Positions 37,011-49,724 of a stretch of DNA of 64,000 bases are shown here, piece after piece. The notes beneath the pieces were generated by a model. The model was given only the letters and a program-made list of their open reading frames with translations, searched no databases and was not told the DNA's origin. The DNA comes from Podarcis gaigeae. Taxonomy: Eukaryota. The position numbers and the translations under genes are program-made. Numbering within the stretch: the first letter of the stretch is position 1; every line of letters begins with the position of its first letter. Where the stretch lies: NCBI GenBank assembly GCA_964106915.2, contig OZ066924.1. One strand, given 5' to 3'.

Positions 37011-38217
37011 GGTAAAAATTGTGTCAACGGCCCTTTGCAATCATTCCACAGTGAGATGGAGGGCCTCAACAGGTTTGGCCTTCACTAGGAGTCAAAGCCT
37101 TTAGTGTGGGAGGCCCTGTCCTTTAAACTGCACACCTGTAGCAGTTCAAGGAGAACCTTTCTTTTTAATCAACCAGTATCTGTTGATATTTTTAATTATG
37201 CATTATGTCTGTTTTTAAGATTGATTTCATCATATTTTATGTGTTGTAATCTACCCTGCTACATTTTATGAAAGTGCAGATTATAAACAAAAACATAAAC
37301 ATTATAAACATAGAATAATTTCTTTTTTAGATACTATCTATATCTGACTGGTATTATCTAAGGGGCTGCCTTCTTTGTCCAGTAATAATCTCTACGGTCA
37401 ACTCAATCTGCCCCTTACTAGCACTCTTAATGTACATCTTGTCACTAAACAGGTTGAAAATAAATAGGATGAAGAACAAAACGTGCTCTTGGTGTTGGAT
37501 TCTCATGTTATGGAACACCCTTCTCCTTGCCTAGATTGCACGGGTGACCTTCTTATTTAGTGATGCATTTAGCTGCCAGGGATAAAGGGAGCTTTATCTA
37601 TCATCGCAAAAAATTAATTAACACTGGTAGAAGGGCAGCAATATTATGGGGGAGATTATAGCACTATACATCAACAATAGAGATAAAGGTTTTATTTAAG
37701 ACAGGCAGTGCTGGAGTTCTGTAACTTCAGAAAATATTAGAAAGCAGTCTGCCACACATTCAAACACATTAATGTACATAGAAGACATTTCCCACATACA
37801 ATATCTTTATGATGTAAAGGAAAGAAAGAGGAGTTGCATTCAACAATTATAAGAATTATAAATTCTTCAGGTTGTACAGCAACTAACTATATATGAGCTC
37901 AGCTAAACTATTAAGCCAACAAGTGGTCTAAACATGTTTCTTTCCCAACAATGTGACTAAAAAATTAATGATATCATGAAGAAGAAAGTACATAGTGAAC
38001 ATGAACTGACAAAAAGTACATGTTCCTAGTTTTTTGAAACTTCTAATTGGAATTGTTTTTTCATCTTTTTGGATTTTCAGTTTCATCAGGAATTAGTGTT
38101 GACCAAGCTTGAATAACAATTTTTGAGGGCAGGAAGTAAGGTAAAGAATCCTGATATTTATTTTTTCAGTGTCCAACTCTGTGAGGCAGGCCTGCAAAAC
38201 CTGTGACCCACTAAAGC

Positions 38218-38316
38218 CAGACGTGCCCAACCTGGTGCCCTGCAGATGTTATAGACTAAAACTCCCATCAACTCCAACTCCGACCATGATGATTAGAGCT
38301 GATGGGAGCTGTAGTA
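38218..38316. mobile_element. Truncated palindromic hAT MITE
   Basis: CAGATGTT...AACTCCCATCA/TGATGGGAGCTGTAGT, related to the 16095 element. Confidence 0.55.
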
Positions 38317-38875
38317 AAAGGCATATTGGAAAAGGCTTCATTTAAGTTATAGGCATCAGACCAGGTGGCCCTAAAAGCCCTTCCCATCACTGTAAAATAA
38401 AAAGAAAAGAGGGAGGGAGGGAGGGAGAGAGAGAGGGAGGGAGGAAAAACAGATGGCTTTGCAAGCTGCATTCTGCTTGATAGGCCAAAACTCTAAGCAG
38501 TATGAGGGTTATGAAAGGTATAAACAGTTATGAATCTGAAACCTGGAGGTTTTTTTTATGTAGAAGGTAACCAGGAATATCCAGAATAAATGTGCCATAT
38601 TATTTATATTTTCTTAAAAATAAACTATAAACTATGATACAGTGAAACAGCCTCTCTCTTGAAATACACTTTAGCCCTCCACATGGGCAATGTGTTGAAA
38701 GACTGTCAATTTTCAAGGTGTATCAAAAGTTATTGTTGAGTTAGTCTTTCATCTGACATAGTCCTGCTCTTGTTAGAAATCCAAAAGTTTTCTGTCCTGA
38801 ACTTTCTTTGTCCTGAACTTTTGGCACAGATCTAGGTTTCTTATCTACAACAGTATCAAAGAGTCATACAGTTAC

Positions 38876-38969
38876 CTTTAGGGGTTCCATCACTTCCAGC
38901 AGGAGAACATACGGACTGTGGTGATCTCAAGGAAAACGATGCAGTGTTCCTTACTGAAGAATCACCCTC
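38876..38969 (-). CDS. NIPBL: NIPBL exon 8 (EGDSSVRNTASFSLRSPQSVCSPAGSDGTPK)
   Basis: 94 nt, cctag/gtaact; hand-translated. Confidence 0.94.
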
Positions 38970-39116
38970 CTAGGGATCATATTAGTGGATTATTAGAAAG
39001 GAGCAATTTTTTCAATGACTTCCAGTTTTTGTTTTTTATGAAGTTGCCACAAGGATAATTACCAGTGCAATTTCTCTGTCATGCCACATATTAGCAACAA
39101 CAAGGACTTCATTTTA

Positions 39117-39340
39117 CAGTGGTACCTCTGGTTATGAACTTAATTCGTTCCGGAGGTCTGTTCTTAACCTGAGGTACCACTTTAGGTAATGGGGCCTCCC
39201 ACTGCTGTCACACCACTGGCACGCAATTTCTGTTCTCATCCTGAGGTAAAGTTCTTAACCTGAGGTATTACTTCCGGGTTAGCAGAATCTGTAACTGAAG
39301 TGTTTGTAACCAAAGGTGTTTGTAACCCAAGGTACCACTG
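39117..39340. mobile_element. Tc1/mariner MITE family A copy, inverted relative to 7667-7897
   Basis: TIR CAGTGGTACCT/AGGTACCACTG, TA TSD; interior is the reverse complement of the 7667 copy. Confidence 0.9.
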
Positions 39341-40230
39341 TATATGAAAATAAAAGCATTCATCAGACAGTAGTACAATCAAGCTATGAAAGTTAAGAAT
39401 TATGAACAAAGCATTACTAAATTTTGTGGTTCAAATCATAGGCTAAAGAGAAAAACATTTCTTAGTCTCAATTGAGAAGAAAAGACTCCTCCATCTCTTT
39501 CTCCAGCTTTTTTTAAGAGCTTGGAAGAAGCAGGGGAGGAAAACCAGTACTACAAGAGGATGAGGAGGGATACTCCATTTCTCTCAAATCCAGGGGAATG
39601 AAACAGCTCTGGCTCACCATCAACAGTTTAGGGTTACAGTGATGCTTTTTCAAAGTAAATGCAATGTGGAGCTATTTCCCTGAGAACCTGAAAACAGTTT
39701 CACATTGCATCATGCCCTCCCTGCACCCAAAAAAGCTTTCAAAATATGTAAAACATACCAGAAAGTGAGAGGAACTAAGAATTCAACAAGTTATCACACA
39801 AGCTTAAGTATTCCTTTAAAAACCATCATACTATGGATCAGCAATACTAATCTCATTTTGTAGGTTACTTGACCAAAAGTAATACAGGAATGCTTTACCA
39901 TAAAATATATATCATTCAAGCACAGTATTAAACAGAAGCACCCAAAGGCAATGTTTCTACTGCTCTGTATCATTTTCAGTAAACTAATTTATAAAATCAG
40001 ACTGGAGACAAAGTCTGAAGTTGGGCTAAAGTTTTACTGTACGCACAAAATTTTCCATCTTTCAAAAATTAATGTACAGCAAAAATTAATGTACCTAACA
40101 CACACGCACACAGACACACTCACAATACACGATAGACACATAGACACATAGACACACACACACACACTTATTTATTTTCAGGGAACAGTGCCTTAATGTT
40201 TATAAAACATTAAAATGTTCTGTTACATAC

Positions 40231-40382
40231 TTCACTGCTTATTCTGTGCACCATTTGCAGGTAGTCTTCACTTGAGCCATGTCTAGAATTATCAGCATGG
40301 TGATTAGCTGAATTGCCTGACAACTGACTTGTAACTTTATTTTCATGTATATTCCTCATCCCAATGGGACTGGATACTGAAG
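40231..40382 (-). CDS. NIPBL: NIPBL exon 7 (ASVSSPIGMRNIHENK...HRISSE)
   Basis: 152 nt, ttcag/gtatgt. Confidence 0.96.
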
Positions 40383-42032
40383 CTGAAAGAAGAGAAGAGA
40401 AGAGTGAATGCATATGTTTAAATATTTTCTAGCATAAATTTTCAAACACAGATTTCATATTTATATTTAATCAGTGTGGTTTCTATGTTTTCTTTAACTA
40501 AAAACATATTTCAGAGATCAGATTTTGAGAACTAGTATTCCACAAATTGTAAGACTGACTAGATGAATATGGTTCCTAAACTAAATTTTCCCTAAGCTCC
40601 ACACAGACTTTGACCCCAATGCACCTGTGAGGCATGGGAGAGTTGTGGGTTTTTTTCTGTATGTCAATTCCGTCTGCTTAATGGTTACTAAGGTGTTCTG
40701 CCTTGAAGTCATCCTCAGCATCCTCTTGATGTCAAGAAACTCAAGAGTGTATGGCAATACAATATATTGTATTTCACTGCTTCAAACACTTTGAAAAAGA
40801 ACCCCAAACCTTAACTTTTGAGTCACTGTGAATCACAGGAAGTCCATTCCTATGCCATCTCCCTGCTTTGGAGAGGTAATTATTAACATTTCTACTTTCC
40901 CTTTTGCTGTCTTCTCTGTTTCCCTGACCTTGCCATTCACTCTACCCTTCTTTGACCCAAAACAACTGTATTTTGAGTTTCTCCACTGCACTTAGGCCTC
41001 CACTGTAGCTTTCTGGATCACAAGCACTGCTCCCCACTCATTAAATGGAAAATGTGAGCTTTTCCCCACTTCCATCCCCTACCCTCTCATACACATATAA
41101 CTGTTTAAGCCACTTTCCTATTTTTGTAGCAACACATTTTCTATCTTCACCCAAACTGGAACTCTGTTCTTTGCTATTTCACCATATAACTGAAGTGCAT
41201 GACAACAACCCATGAACATTTAAAATCTTGCATCCATTGCTGACGTGTACACTTTAATGTTTGTGTGCAACATATGATCAGGAACAGCATATAAAGTACG
41301 AATTTCCATTGGAATTGTTTTGAATATTTATTTAAAAATCACCTGTTTGCAGCCTATACTTTCGTTGCACCAGCTTTTGTTTTACTATGTTTTTATATGT
41401 GTCGGAAGCCCCCCAGAAACACAGGGTATAATAAGAATAACTTAATATAATATAATTAATATAATATAAACTTACAGAATTGTAATTAGAATTGTTGTTG
41501 TTTTACTTACAATTCTGTTAATAGTAACACTGTTAAAATAAAGGTCTGACATAACTAATTCGTGTCTTCAAGCTTTAACTCATAGTTATAAAATTAATTA
41601 TTCTGAAGATTAAAGTTTTACACTTCCTGTAGTTTATAAACTGCAAGTTGTGTTATCAAATAGGTGGAAATAAAGGTTTAGAGAAAAATTAGCTAACTAT
41701 AACTCTCTATTTTAAAGAGAATAATTTACGTACACACAATACATTCTATGAAATAAAAATGGGAGCAATTATTCCATCTTATTGTCTGTGTTGGTATTTT
41801 GTTTTAGAGTGCAACTGAAAGAGTTTTAATGCTAAAGATTAATTCTTAGAAGTACAAACAGTCACATTTGAATATTTTCTTCATTATCTATATGCTCACC
41901 AGTTGTGAGGTATGAATTTCTGATGTAAGAAGAAGTACTTAGATTGAATAGTGTATCAGAATGTGATACAATGACAAAAACCAACTCTGTGCATATATAT
42001 ATATATTCCAAAGACACAGATAAAATAAATAC

Positions 42033-42184
42033 CTTGCTGTATCTGCGGGTGAGGCGTGTAACTTGGAGGGTGTGAATATGGCAAATATCCTGCAGGGCTT
42101 TGAGGAGCATATGGACTAGGCACAGGGCTGTTTTGTGGTGCCATAAATCTATTACCAGAGCTTGTTTGTGGTGGCACAAATCGA
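42033..42184 (-). CDS. NIPBL: NIPBL exon 6 (RFVPPQTSSGNRF...HPQIQQ)
   Basis: 152 nt, tacag/gtattt. Confidence 0.96.
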
Positions 42185-43589
42185 CTGTAAATAAAATCCA
42201 AACAAAGCATATATGAACATCAATCTAAACATGATTTTCCTCAAATAGTTTCACAGATGTTATGCAATACAATAAACAGATAATACAGTTCCTAGTAATT
42301 AATTGATTGGATCCACAGGTGCTCTTCCATGAGCAGAAAGCTTCTTCAACTCATGGAAGGGCCATATAGATCTCCCAGAGGAGGAAATTCTTAAAATAGT
42401 CCTGTACTATTATCCTGTCCTGTATTATCCCAGGGAGGAATGGTTCACAGTCTCCTCCCCTGACACAGTCTGGAGAGCTCCTCCATCCCACACCCCAAGA
42501 GTCAATCGGCGGGGGGGTCCTGTTGCACTAGTGAAAGTCCTTGTGGAGCGTCTACTGGCAGCCTGGTTTTTCAAATATGCCTCCAATAATTTAGATAGAG
42601 CAAGGGGATCAGACTGTGAGAATCTAAAATAGATATGTTTAAAGATCATCATATATTATTCATTAATATCTGTAATGAACCCTGTATAAAATTTTAGAAA
42701 AACCAAGTCTGACTAATGAATTTATAAAGATTAAGACATTTCCTCCTTTTCTTTACACAAGTAAATGAAAATTGGAAAAAGAAGTGCAAGCACTATAAAA
42801 CTGTGAGCACTGCTGTTGAGTAAAAGCTGCTTACAGAAAATCTCAAAACCAATGTCATAAACTGTGCTTAACTACTTCCCTTGTCCATGTATATCCTAGC
42901 AACCTTTTCTAACTGATTACACTATGCGTTTCCTAATAACTCCTCAAATTATAATTGAAGGCACTAAAAAGTTTTCCTGGTATTTTAAGTGCATTGTATG
43001 CATAATACCAAGACCTTAAGTAAGTCAACACACCTTGCATTAAATATCAAATAATTCCTTTTATTGCCAAATATTTGGAGAACAGTCCTTGTGCGTTTCA
43101 TAAGTTCATTTTAATTTTTGCTGTCCAAATTACTATTTCACTGACATTTCTTAACAGAGAATCAATTGCAATTTCGTAAAATCTATCAGAATTTCTGTTT
43201 ATGTACATCCCTGCAATAATCTTGTGAACTGCTGCTTAAACCCCCATATTGCATCAATTGTTAAGGGAAAGGTTGAAATGAGAACTGCGAATAAGGATGT
43301 TTGCTGGGGGGGCAGGGATTGCTTCAGGTGTAACTGAGACAGTTCTGAGAGTTTGGGGACTCAGTGTTGAGTATCTGAATTCTGGATGCACACTCTACTG
43401 AATCCTACCCCTACAGCCTGGCATCATACTGTATGCCATTTTTATGGTTCATCTAGTTATGCGTTTTGTCTGGGGTTCAAAGTGCCTCACTTCAATCTTT
43501 ACAAAAACAGTAGTCCTTACTCAAAATATTAAATAGGTTTTATATACAGGCTAAAAAAATTATAATCCTATGTTACAAACTTCATTTAC

Positions 43590-43689
43590 CTGGAAGGGCT
43601 ATGAGAGATAGTGGTTTGCTGATAATTGGAAGATGCAGGACTACCATGCATGGAATTCTGAGACAGTTTGTACTGCGGCATCATCATTC
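43590..43689 (-). CDS. NIPBL: NIPBL exon 5 (GMMMPQYKLSQNSMHGSPASSNYQQTTISHSPS)
   Basis: 100 nt, ttaag/gtaaat; hand-translated, absent from ORF track. Confidence 0.96.
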
Positions 43690-43873
43690 CTTAAAACAAA
43701 ACAAAAAGTTTTAGAAGTCACATCAAAGTATCTACTTACTTGTATATTTAATCCAGTGCTTTTTTTTCCAGTTGTCATAACTATTACAAAATATCTTCAA
43801 CTATAGCTATTATCTAAATAAAGTATTACAAGCATCAAACACATTTGTGCATATGACAATGGTATCTGAGCAA

Positions 43874-43875
<2 letters not shown>

Positions 43876-43946
<71 letters not shown>
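43876..43946. repeat. Compound (CT)n(CA)n microsatellite
   Basis: Direct reading. Confidence 0.97.
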
Positions 43947-43950
<4 letters not shown>

Positions 43951-44320
43951 TGGCCAGCATCTCAAAATCCATTCTCAGCAGCGTACATAGCCCTACAGCT
44001 TTCTGCAATTTTTCAGAGCAGTTACAGGTGCTTATGTTAATGTAGCACACATGAAATACTGGATTACTGCTGAAAGAAAAAGTAATATACTATACCTCCC
44101 CTTTATTTTACAGGTCAGAAAACAATAGTTCCATTCAGACAATACACACAAAATCATAATGTGCATAGTTTCGAATCCACACCATAATTTGAACTTACTA
44201 ATGTATGGGCAAGTTTAGAGCTGCCAATTTGCTACATCTTTTCATCTCCTCAGTACTTCCAGAGGAAATGGAGCAATGGCCAAAGCAAAAGTTTGTCAGA
44301 TATTATGCTAATAATAATCA

Positions 44321-44321
<1 letters not shown>

Positions 44322-44358
<37 letters not shown>
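44322..44358. repeat. (ATT)n microsatellite
   Basis: Direct reading. Confidence 0.95.
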
Positions 44359-44695
44359 GCACCCTGACCATCTGACTGGGTTGCTACCTTGAAACACTTG
44401 GCTCGGGATAAGCCTCAAGTGGCTGTACTACTTAACATTTACTTAGATCCAGTGGTATCTTAGGCACTGCAGAAGAACATAAAAAAGTAACTCCCCTAGG
44501 AACAGATGCACTTGTTTGAAACTGAATGCTCTTGTGTGTAATTCATCTGAATCACAGCACCTTTTCATATAATAACAGAAATCCAACTATAAGAATCTGA
44601 ATTGTATCCACAATCAGTTTAGAGTATCACAATGAAAAGTAACACAGCTGCATATTATCTTGCTTAGAAATAATAAAATGAATAAAAACTCTCAC

Positions 44696-44826
44696 CACTT
44701 TGTACCCCGTATCTGTTTTGCATGCTTTTCTCCCTGAAAACATTAGGATTCCTTGCCAGGACAGCCTGCAGCAAGACTGGTATATCTCCTTCTGGATCAT
44801 CACTGCCAAGGTTATCTTTCAGTTCT
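44696..44826 (-). CDS. NIPBL: NIPBL exon 4 (ELKDNLGSDDPEGD...RYGVQS)
   Basis: 131 nt, gccag/gtgaga. Confidence 0.96.
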
Positions 44827-46266
44827 CTGGCATTGGAGATAAACAAACAGGGACTGATGAGATTTTTTTCAAAAATACAGGAAGTTACTAAACTGGCGAT
44901 TTGTACAAGATCATTAACACGTATCCTTTTTTCTTTCCAGTGGGAACTGTTGCAACTCATGTTTCTATGGCAGAGTACATGGGCAGCACTCTGGACAGTT
45001 ACAACCAGAATCACTGAGTTCTGGAAATCATTGTATTGTTACTTGTACACCACTGAGAGACAATTGTAATTAAGCAGTATGTAAATTGTCAAAAATAAAT
45101 AATCCTTTGCTCATCGTGGTTAATGTGATGTATCAATGAATAATACAGCAATCGTATAAGATGAAGAGTCACTCTAAATCTTTGTGTAAGCTATCCTGTA
45201 AATTATGGATGGAATCTACTCAATTTTCTCTACACAACCAGTTTTGTGTTGCTATCTATTATCTTGTTTTGTCTGACCAATTCCTCTGTCCAATTTATTC
45301 TGAAGCTAAATTTTAAAATTTATATTGTTCTTTTGGGCTAGATACTGGCAACTGTGTTTCTGATTAGAAAGACACTTCGCCCGTCTCAATTTTGCCTGTC
45401 AATAATTGACATCAGAGCAACCATCTTGGCTGTCTTTAGAACTGAGCACCAGATCTGATCTATTTTATTTGAGAAGCTATGAAAAAACGCCTACAGGACT
45501 TTTGATCAAGTTGTTATGATTAGGCCCAGCTCAATGTCATGGGAACACACTGTGCCAGCTGGTTATGACCTCCTCTTCAAAGCAAGCTTTAAAAAAATAT
45601 GGATTATACATCTCTAAATTAAATACAGCTTTCACATGCCAAAAGCAGGTCAATGGACGGGTTACTTAAGCTCACCTACACTACTGTTCTATCTACTGCC
45701 CATATGATTACTTTGCTTAAACACTTAATATATTGTCTTCACTCTATTTTCATCAGGTCAATAAGCCACACATTCATTAGGAGTTCATGTTAGGGCCACT
45801 TTTCCCCAGACCAGAACTCTTTCCTAAGTAGAATTTTTTCTCTATGAAATCTTAAGAATTGTTCAGAACTAATACGTACATTTTTATCCAGACCTCTCCC
45901 GCATCTTTCCAAATAATTTTTAATTGGGTGTGGACCCTGGTGAGATGTTTAATCTTGTCAGTACAAGGCCACTGATTAAGTGCCCTGTTCTCTAAAATAA
46001 TTATTACGTTTAAAATCCATTCAAACCACCTTCTTTGAAATTAGTTTCTACAGCACCAAATCTGAAGTTTATTGCTGGCATCCAATCCAGCACAATAATA
46101 GATAAGTGGCCATCTGTTGCTGAAAAATATACAGCCATGTTCAATAATTACAGAATCTTGCATTCTATTAGGACAGAACAACACAGTAATATCTATAACC
46201 TGCCTCTACTATAGTTTATACTGAAACTTTTTGACATTAATTTGTGAAGTGACTTTTAATACGTAC

Positions 46267-46432
46267 ATATGATCTGTTGAAACCTGGTTGAGGCTGTGCA
46301 CAAGCTGTGAAACCAGATTTTCATCTCTACAGGCCAAAAGGCAGTTCACCTCTTCTGCAATTCGTCCATTAAAGAGCAAGCTTTTTGTAGTTGTAGCAGG
46401 TAAAGGTGATGGAAGAGGAAGCTGGTTCAAAA
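46267..46432 (-). CDS. NIPBL: NIPBL exon 3 (LLNQLPLPSPLP...VSTDH)
   Basis: 166 nt, aatag/gtacgt; overlaps ORF 46209..46430. Confidence 0.97.
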
Positions 46433-47322
46433 CTATTTTGAAAAGAGTAAAAAAAATATTGCATTATTCCACCAATACATAAATATTTTAGAAAGCATTT
46501 CTCCCCACCTCCCATTGCTAATTTGAGCATTGTGCAGATTGTGATTGGCAATGTGCTCAGTTACAGTGCCTAGTACATCATTAATGACAATCAGTATTTT
46601 GCCAGTGCCAAAACCTATGCCATAACTGGACTAGATGCATTAATTTCAAAACTAGTTTCACTATTAAGCATCATGCATACCAGTTGAACTATCAGTTCCA
46701 CCAGCACCAGTGCCCTGTTGCATAGACCTTCAAAAATGAATTTGGGGGGTGTTTAGGCATTCTCCTTACTTCAGTAAATATATCCCTGGAATATATTTTG
46801 TTTTATATGTCCTGTCAATTTCACTTCACAAAAGTTAAATCAACAATGCTCTAAACAAGGCATTTCCTAATCGCTACTATCTTCCCACATGAAGAACCTA
46901 GGAGTGTGCAGGTGACCACCCACCCACAAAGGGAGCCTAGTAAGGTGCTGCAGCTTTCATTTCAAACCAGAACAAAGGAACCTTTAATGTTATACTTCTG
47001 CCCAAGAAGAAGGTAGGCAGTTTAGAGATTATAGTGTAGCAGCTGAATTTCACTATGCAGGTTTCAATCTCAAAGTTTTTATTAAATTATGAATAAAGCA
47101 TTCTTTAGTAGGAACCAGATTCCACAAAGGCCGTATGGTCATCTGCCCAATACCCCTCCAACTTTTATTCACAGACAGATAAAGAGAAACCATAAAATGC
47201 CAAAGGGCTGAGAGAGTTTAAAGAAACTAAACCCACCCCACCATAAAAATAAATGTGCAATTCAGAAGTTTGCTCCCCAAATGGATTAACGAATTGCAAC
47301 AAAACTCAAGAGAGATACTTAC

Positions 47323-47386
47323 GGTCTGTGAGACTAGCAATCCCTGCAAGAGTAGTGATGGGAACATGAGGCATATCCCCATTCAT
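47323..47386 (-). CDS. NIPBL: NIPBL exon 2 coding part, start codon (MNGDMPHVPITTLAGIASLTD)
   Basis: ATG at 47386, 64 nt, donor gtaagt. Confidence 0.97.
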
Positions 47387-47466
47387 CCTGAAATGTTGGG
47401 ATGGTAGTGCCTACACACAGATCTTAGTTCGGATGCCAGCTATCATTACTTCCCATCTCCCAAGCA
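47387..47466 (-). other. NIPBL: NIPBL exon 2, 5'UTR portion (80 nt)
   Basis: Acceptor tttctttctcattccag at 47467+; 80 nt to the ATG. Confidence 0.85.
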
Positions 47467-49262
47467 CTGGAATGAGAAAGAAATACTTATTTTGCAAAGA
47501 ACCACCAAGAAGTTCCCAAGTATGTAAAAAAATAATTTTACTGAACTTTATTATTCCTACAGCAACTATAGTAAAAAAAAGAAGTAAAGAATCTATTGAT
47601 TTCACCAACACAAGGAAAACAACTGCCATGATTTTGTAGATAGACATTACATGGATGACACCTTCTTCTAGGTTTGTAAAGTCACCAGTCGACTCCCCCC
47701 CCCAAAAAAAACCCAACAACATGTGGCCAATTAAAATTTGTGTAGGTTATTCAGTTTTGTGTATTTACCTGCACAGTTCGGAAATTAGGAAAATCTAATC
47801 ACATGCCTCTAGTGATCCTCTAGATTAAATAATTAACATGTGAAAGCAGTTACTTCTTGATGAACCATTACTATAAATCAGCAAGGTAAAAAAGTTTCCT
47901 TTCACACATTTGTTTTCTTTAATGTGCAGATAAAGTAAGTTAATTGCACATCTGAAGTGTAAATGTGACTCTTAAAAAAGTATTGGAAATCACTTGGGCC
48001 CTGATGTAGATAAGCTTGGTCACAAACTTGGGTTTATCTGTACATAGTGTGAAATAAGCCTTTAATGTCGAGTAAGTTTTAATTATACATTCTGACCATT
48101 TAACAAAACACAATACTATGAAGTTTCTTAGCCATACAGAGCACATGACAAATCAAAATAAGTGAAAGGCTGGAAATAAGAGCATTTGTTTTTACATCTA
48201 TAGTTAATGCCTAGCTAGCTTCACTAATCTCCACACATCGGCAGAATGTCTTATAGAATATCAAAAGGCAACTTTTGCACAATCATCACTGTGGAACTTA
48301 CAGGGAGATAGCGATCTACTGCTATTTAGAAGTTAATAAACCATAAAGCACAAAAATACATAAACCATACATCACACAGGCCAGTTACTGACTAGCAAAG
48401 GGAAGACAGATCATATTGGGGAACTGTATATGCTGCATTTATCTCTATTTTTTAACAGCTGAAGATCTTAGCTAGATCAGGACGATGGTGTTATAACAGA
48501 AACTGTTTAGATTAACTTTCTGCAGACAACTTACAGAACAAATATAGTGTAATTTCAGGATGGGGGCTAATTAGAGAATGTTCATCTAGACAAGTCACAT
48601 TCAGTTTCATACAGTTCAGATGAATACCACATTTCAACACCCATTAGAAATGAAACAATAAAGAATCCCCCCCCCCCATATATTTATACAGTGGTAGTGC
48701 TGCTCTTGTGACCCACCTTAGATCATGCCATGACCCAGGAGTGGGTCCCAGCCCACCAGTTTAAGATCAAAGTTTTGATACGACAAAGTAGGGTGCCTTA
48801 GATTTCTCAAATGCTTCCAGCCCCCCAAAGGTCAGTGTTTGCTGTCTCCAATGATGATGCCAAACCAATCATTACTGTAATTTTACACAGTAATCAACCA
48901 ACATGAAGGTATTTTGTTGTAAATGATTAAAATGTACTGGAAAAATGTACTAAGAGAAAATGCTGTTATATTCCATCTCAATGCTGGGTTTCACCTTACT
49001 ATTCAAGACTTACTTTGCATGGACCATATCCACCTCATTGCTACATAAATTCCTAATTCAGGATGCTAATTACAACTGGCAGCTTTAAGGGCTGTTACCA
49101 AAAAATGAACAAGGCAATTACAGATCCGAACAAAAGTATAACATACATAAGAATCAGTTATATGATGAAAAATGTTCTTATTTTTGTCCAGTTGCTGGTA
49201 GGCTTTGAATTTACAATATAACAAATATAACTGCGCTAGAGACATCTGAGGGTTAAGAAAAA

Positions 49263-49420
49263 GGCTGTAGTTCAGTAGCAGAGCAAAGGTTTAGCATGCA
49301 GAAGGTTCCTAATTCAATCTCCAGTTACATGATTAAGTTGAATGTAATGGGAAAGACCTCTGCTGGAGAACCTGGCCAGTCATCAGAGCAGACAGTATTA
49401 AAGCAGATTTCCATATGCCC
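49263..49420 (+). mobile_element. Old tRNA-derived SINE
   Basis: GGCTGTAGTTCAGTAGCAGAGC...GCATGCAGAAGGTTCCTAATTCAATC, decayed A/B boxes. Confidence 0.6.
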
Positions 49421-49705
49421 TTCATTATCACAGTATACCTTCTGCAGCTAGAACTGTGTATTTTTAAGAAGAAGAAATAAATTTGAAGATTGAGGAAAAT
49501 ATTTTTTTAATATGTAAGAATGTAAGCAGTTTTATTGATACAGCTCATTCTCTATGGTTATTTTGATCCATTTTGATCCATATAACACAGAAATTAAGTC
49601 ATCTTCTTTTCATAAAACAAGTTATAGGAAAAGGGCTTCCATTTAATTATATCATTCAAAAGTATAATCCTTACACATGCACGTGTCTAAGTATAAATAT
49701 GGATT

Positions 49706-49724
49706 TGTCCACAAGAGGGCGCAT
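49706..49724 (+). promoter_or_regulatory. CTCF-like motif TGTCCACAAGAGGGCGCAT
   Basis: Close match to consensus, with retained CpG. Confidence 0.6.

Larger units (their letters stand above)
1094..47466 (-). other. NIPBL: NIPBL gene, partial (exons 2-25; continues past both window ends)
   Basis: Spliced translation MNGDMPHVPITTLAGIASLTDLLNQLPLPSPLP...ALLDYLEENTETDASLV matches vertebrate NIPBL as I recall it; 24 exons, GT-AG boundaries, continuous frame of 4896 nt. Confidence 0.98.

Noticed and set aside
15205-44865. Other CTGATGA cores (about 15213, 25977, 26599, 38084, 44855) as hammerheads or C/D snoRNAs
   Set aside because: No stem II plus GAAA, and no terminal stem with paired C/D boxes
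47769-47819. Possible 51-nt alternative 5'UTR exon (atctag|...CAG|gtaaat)
   Set aside because: Acceptor is weak and such site pairs occur by chance; no support without transcripts
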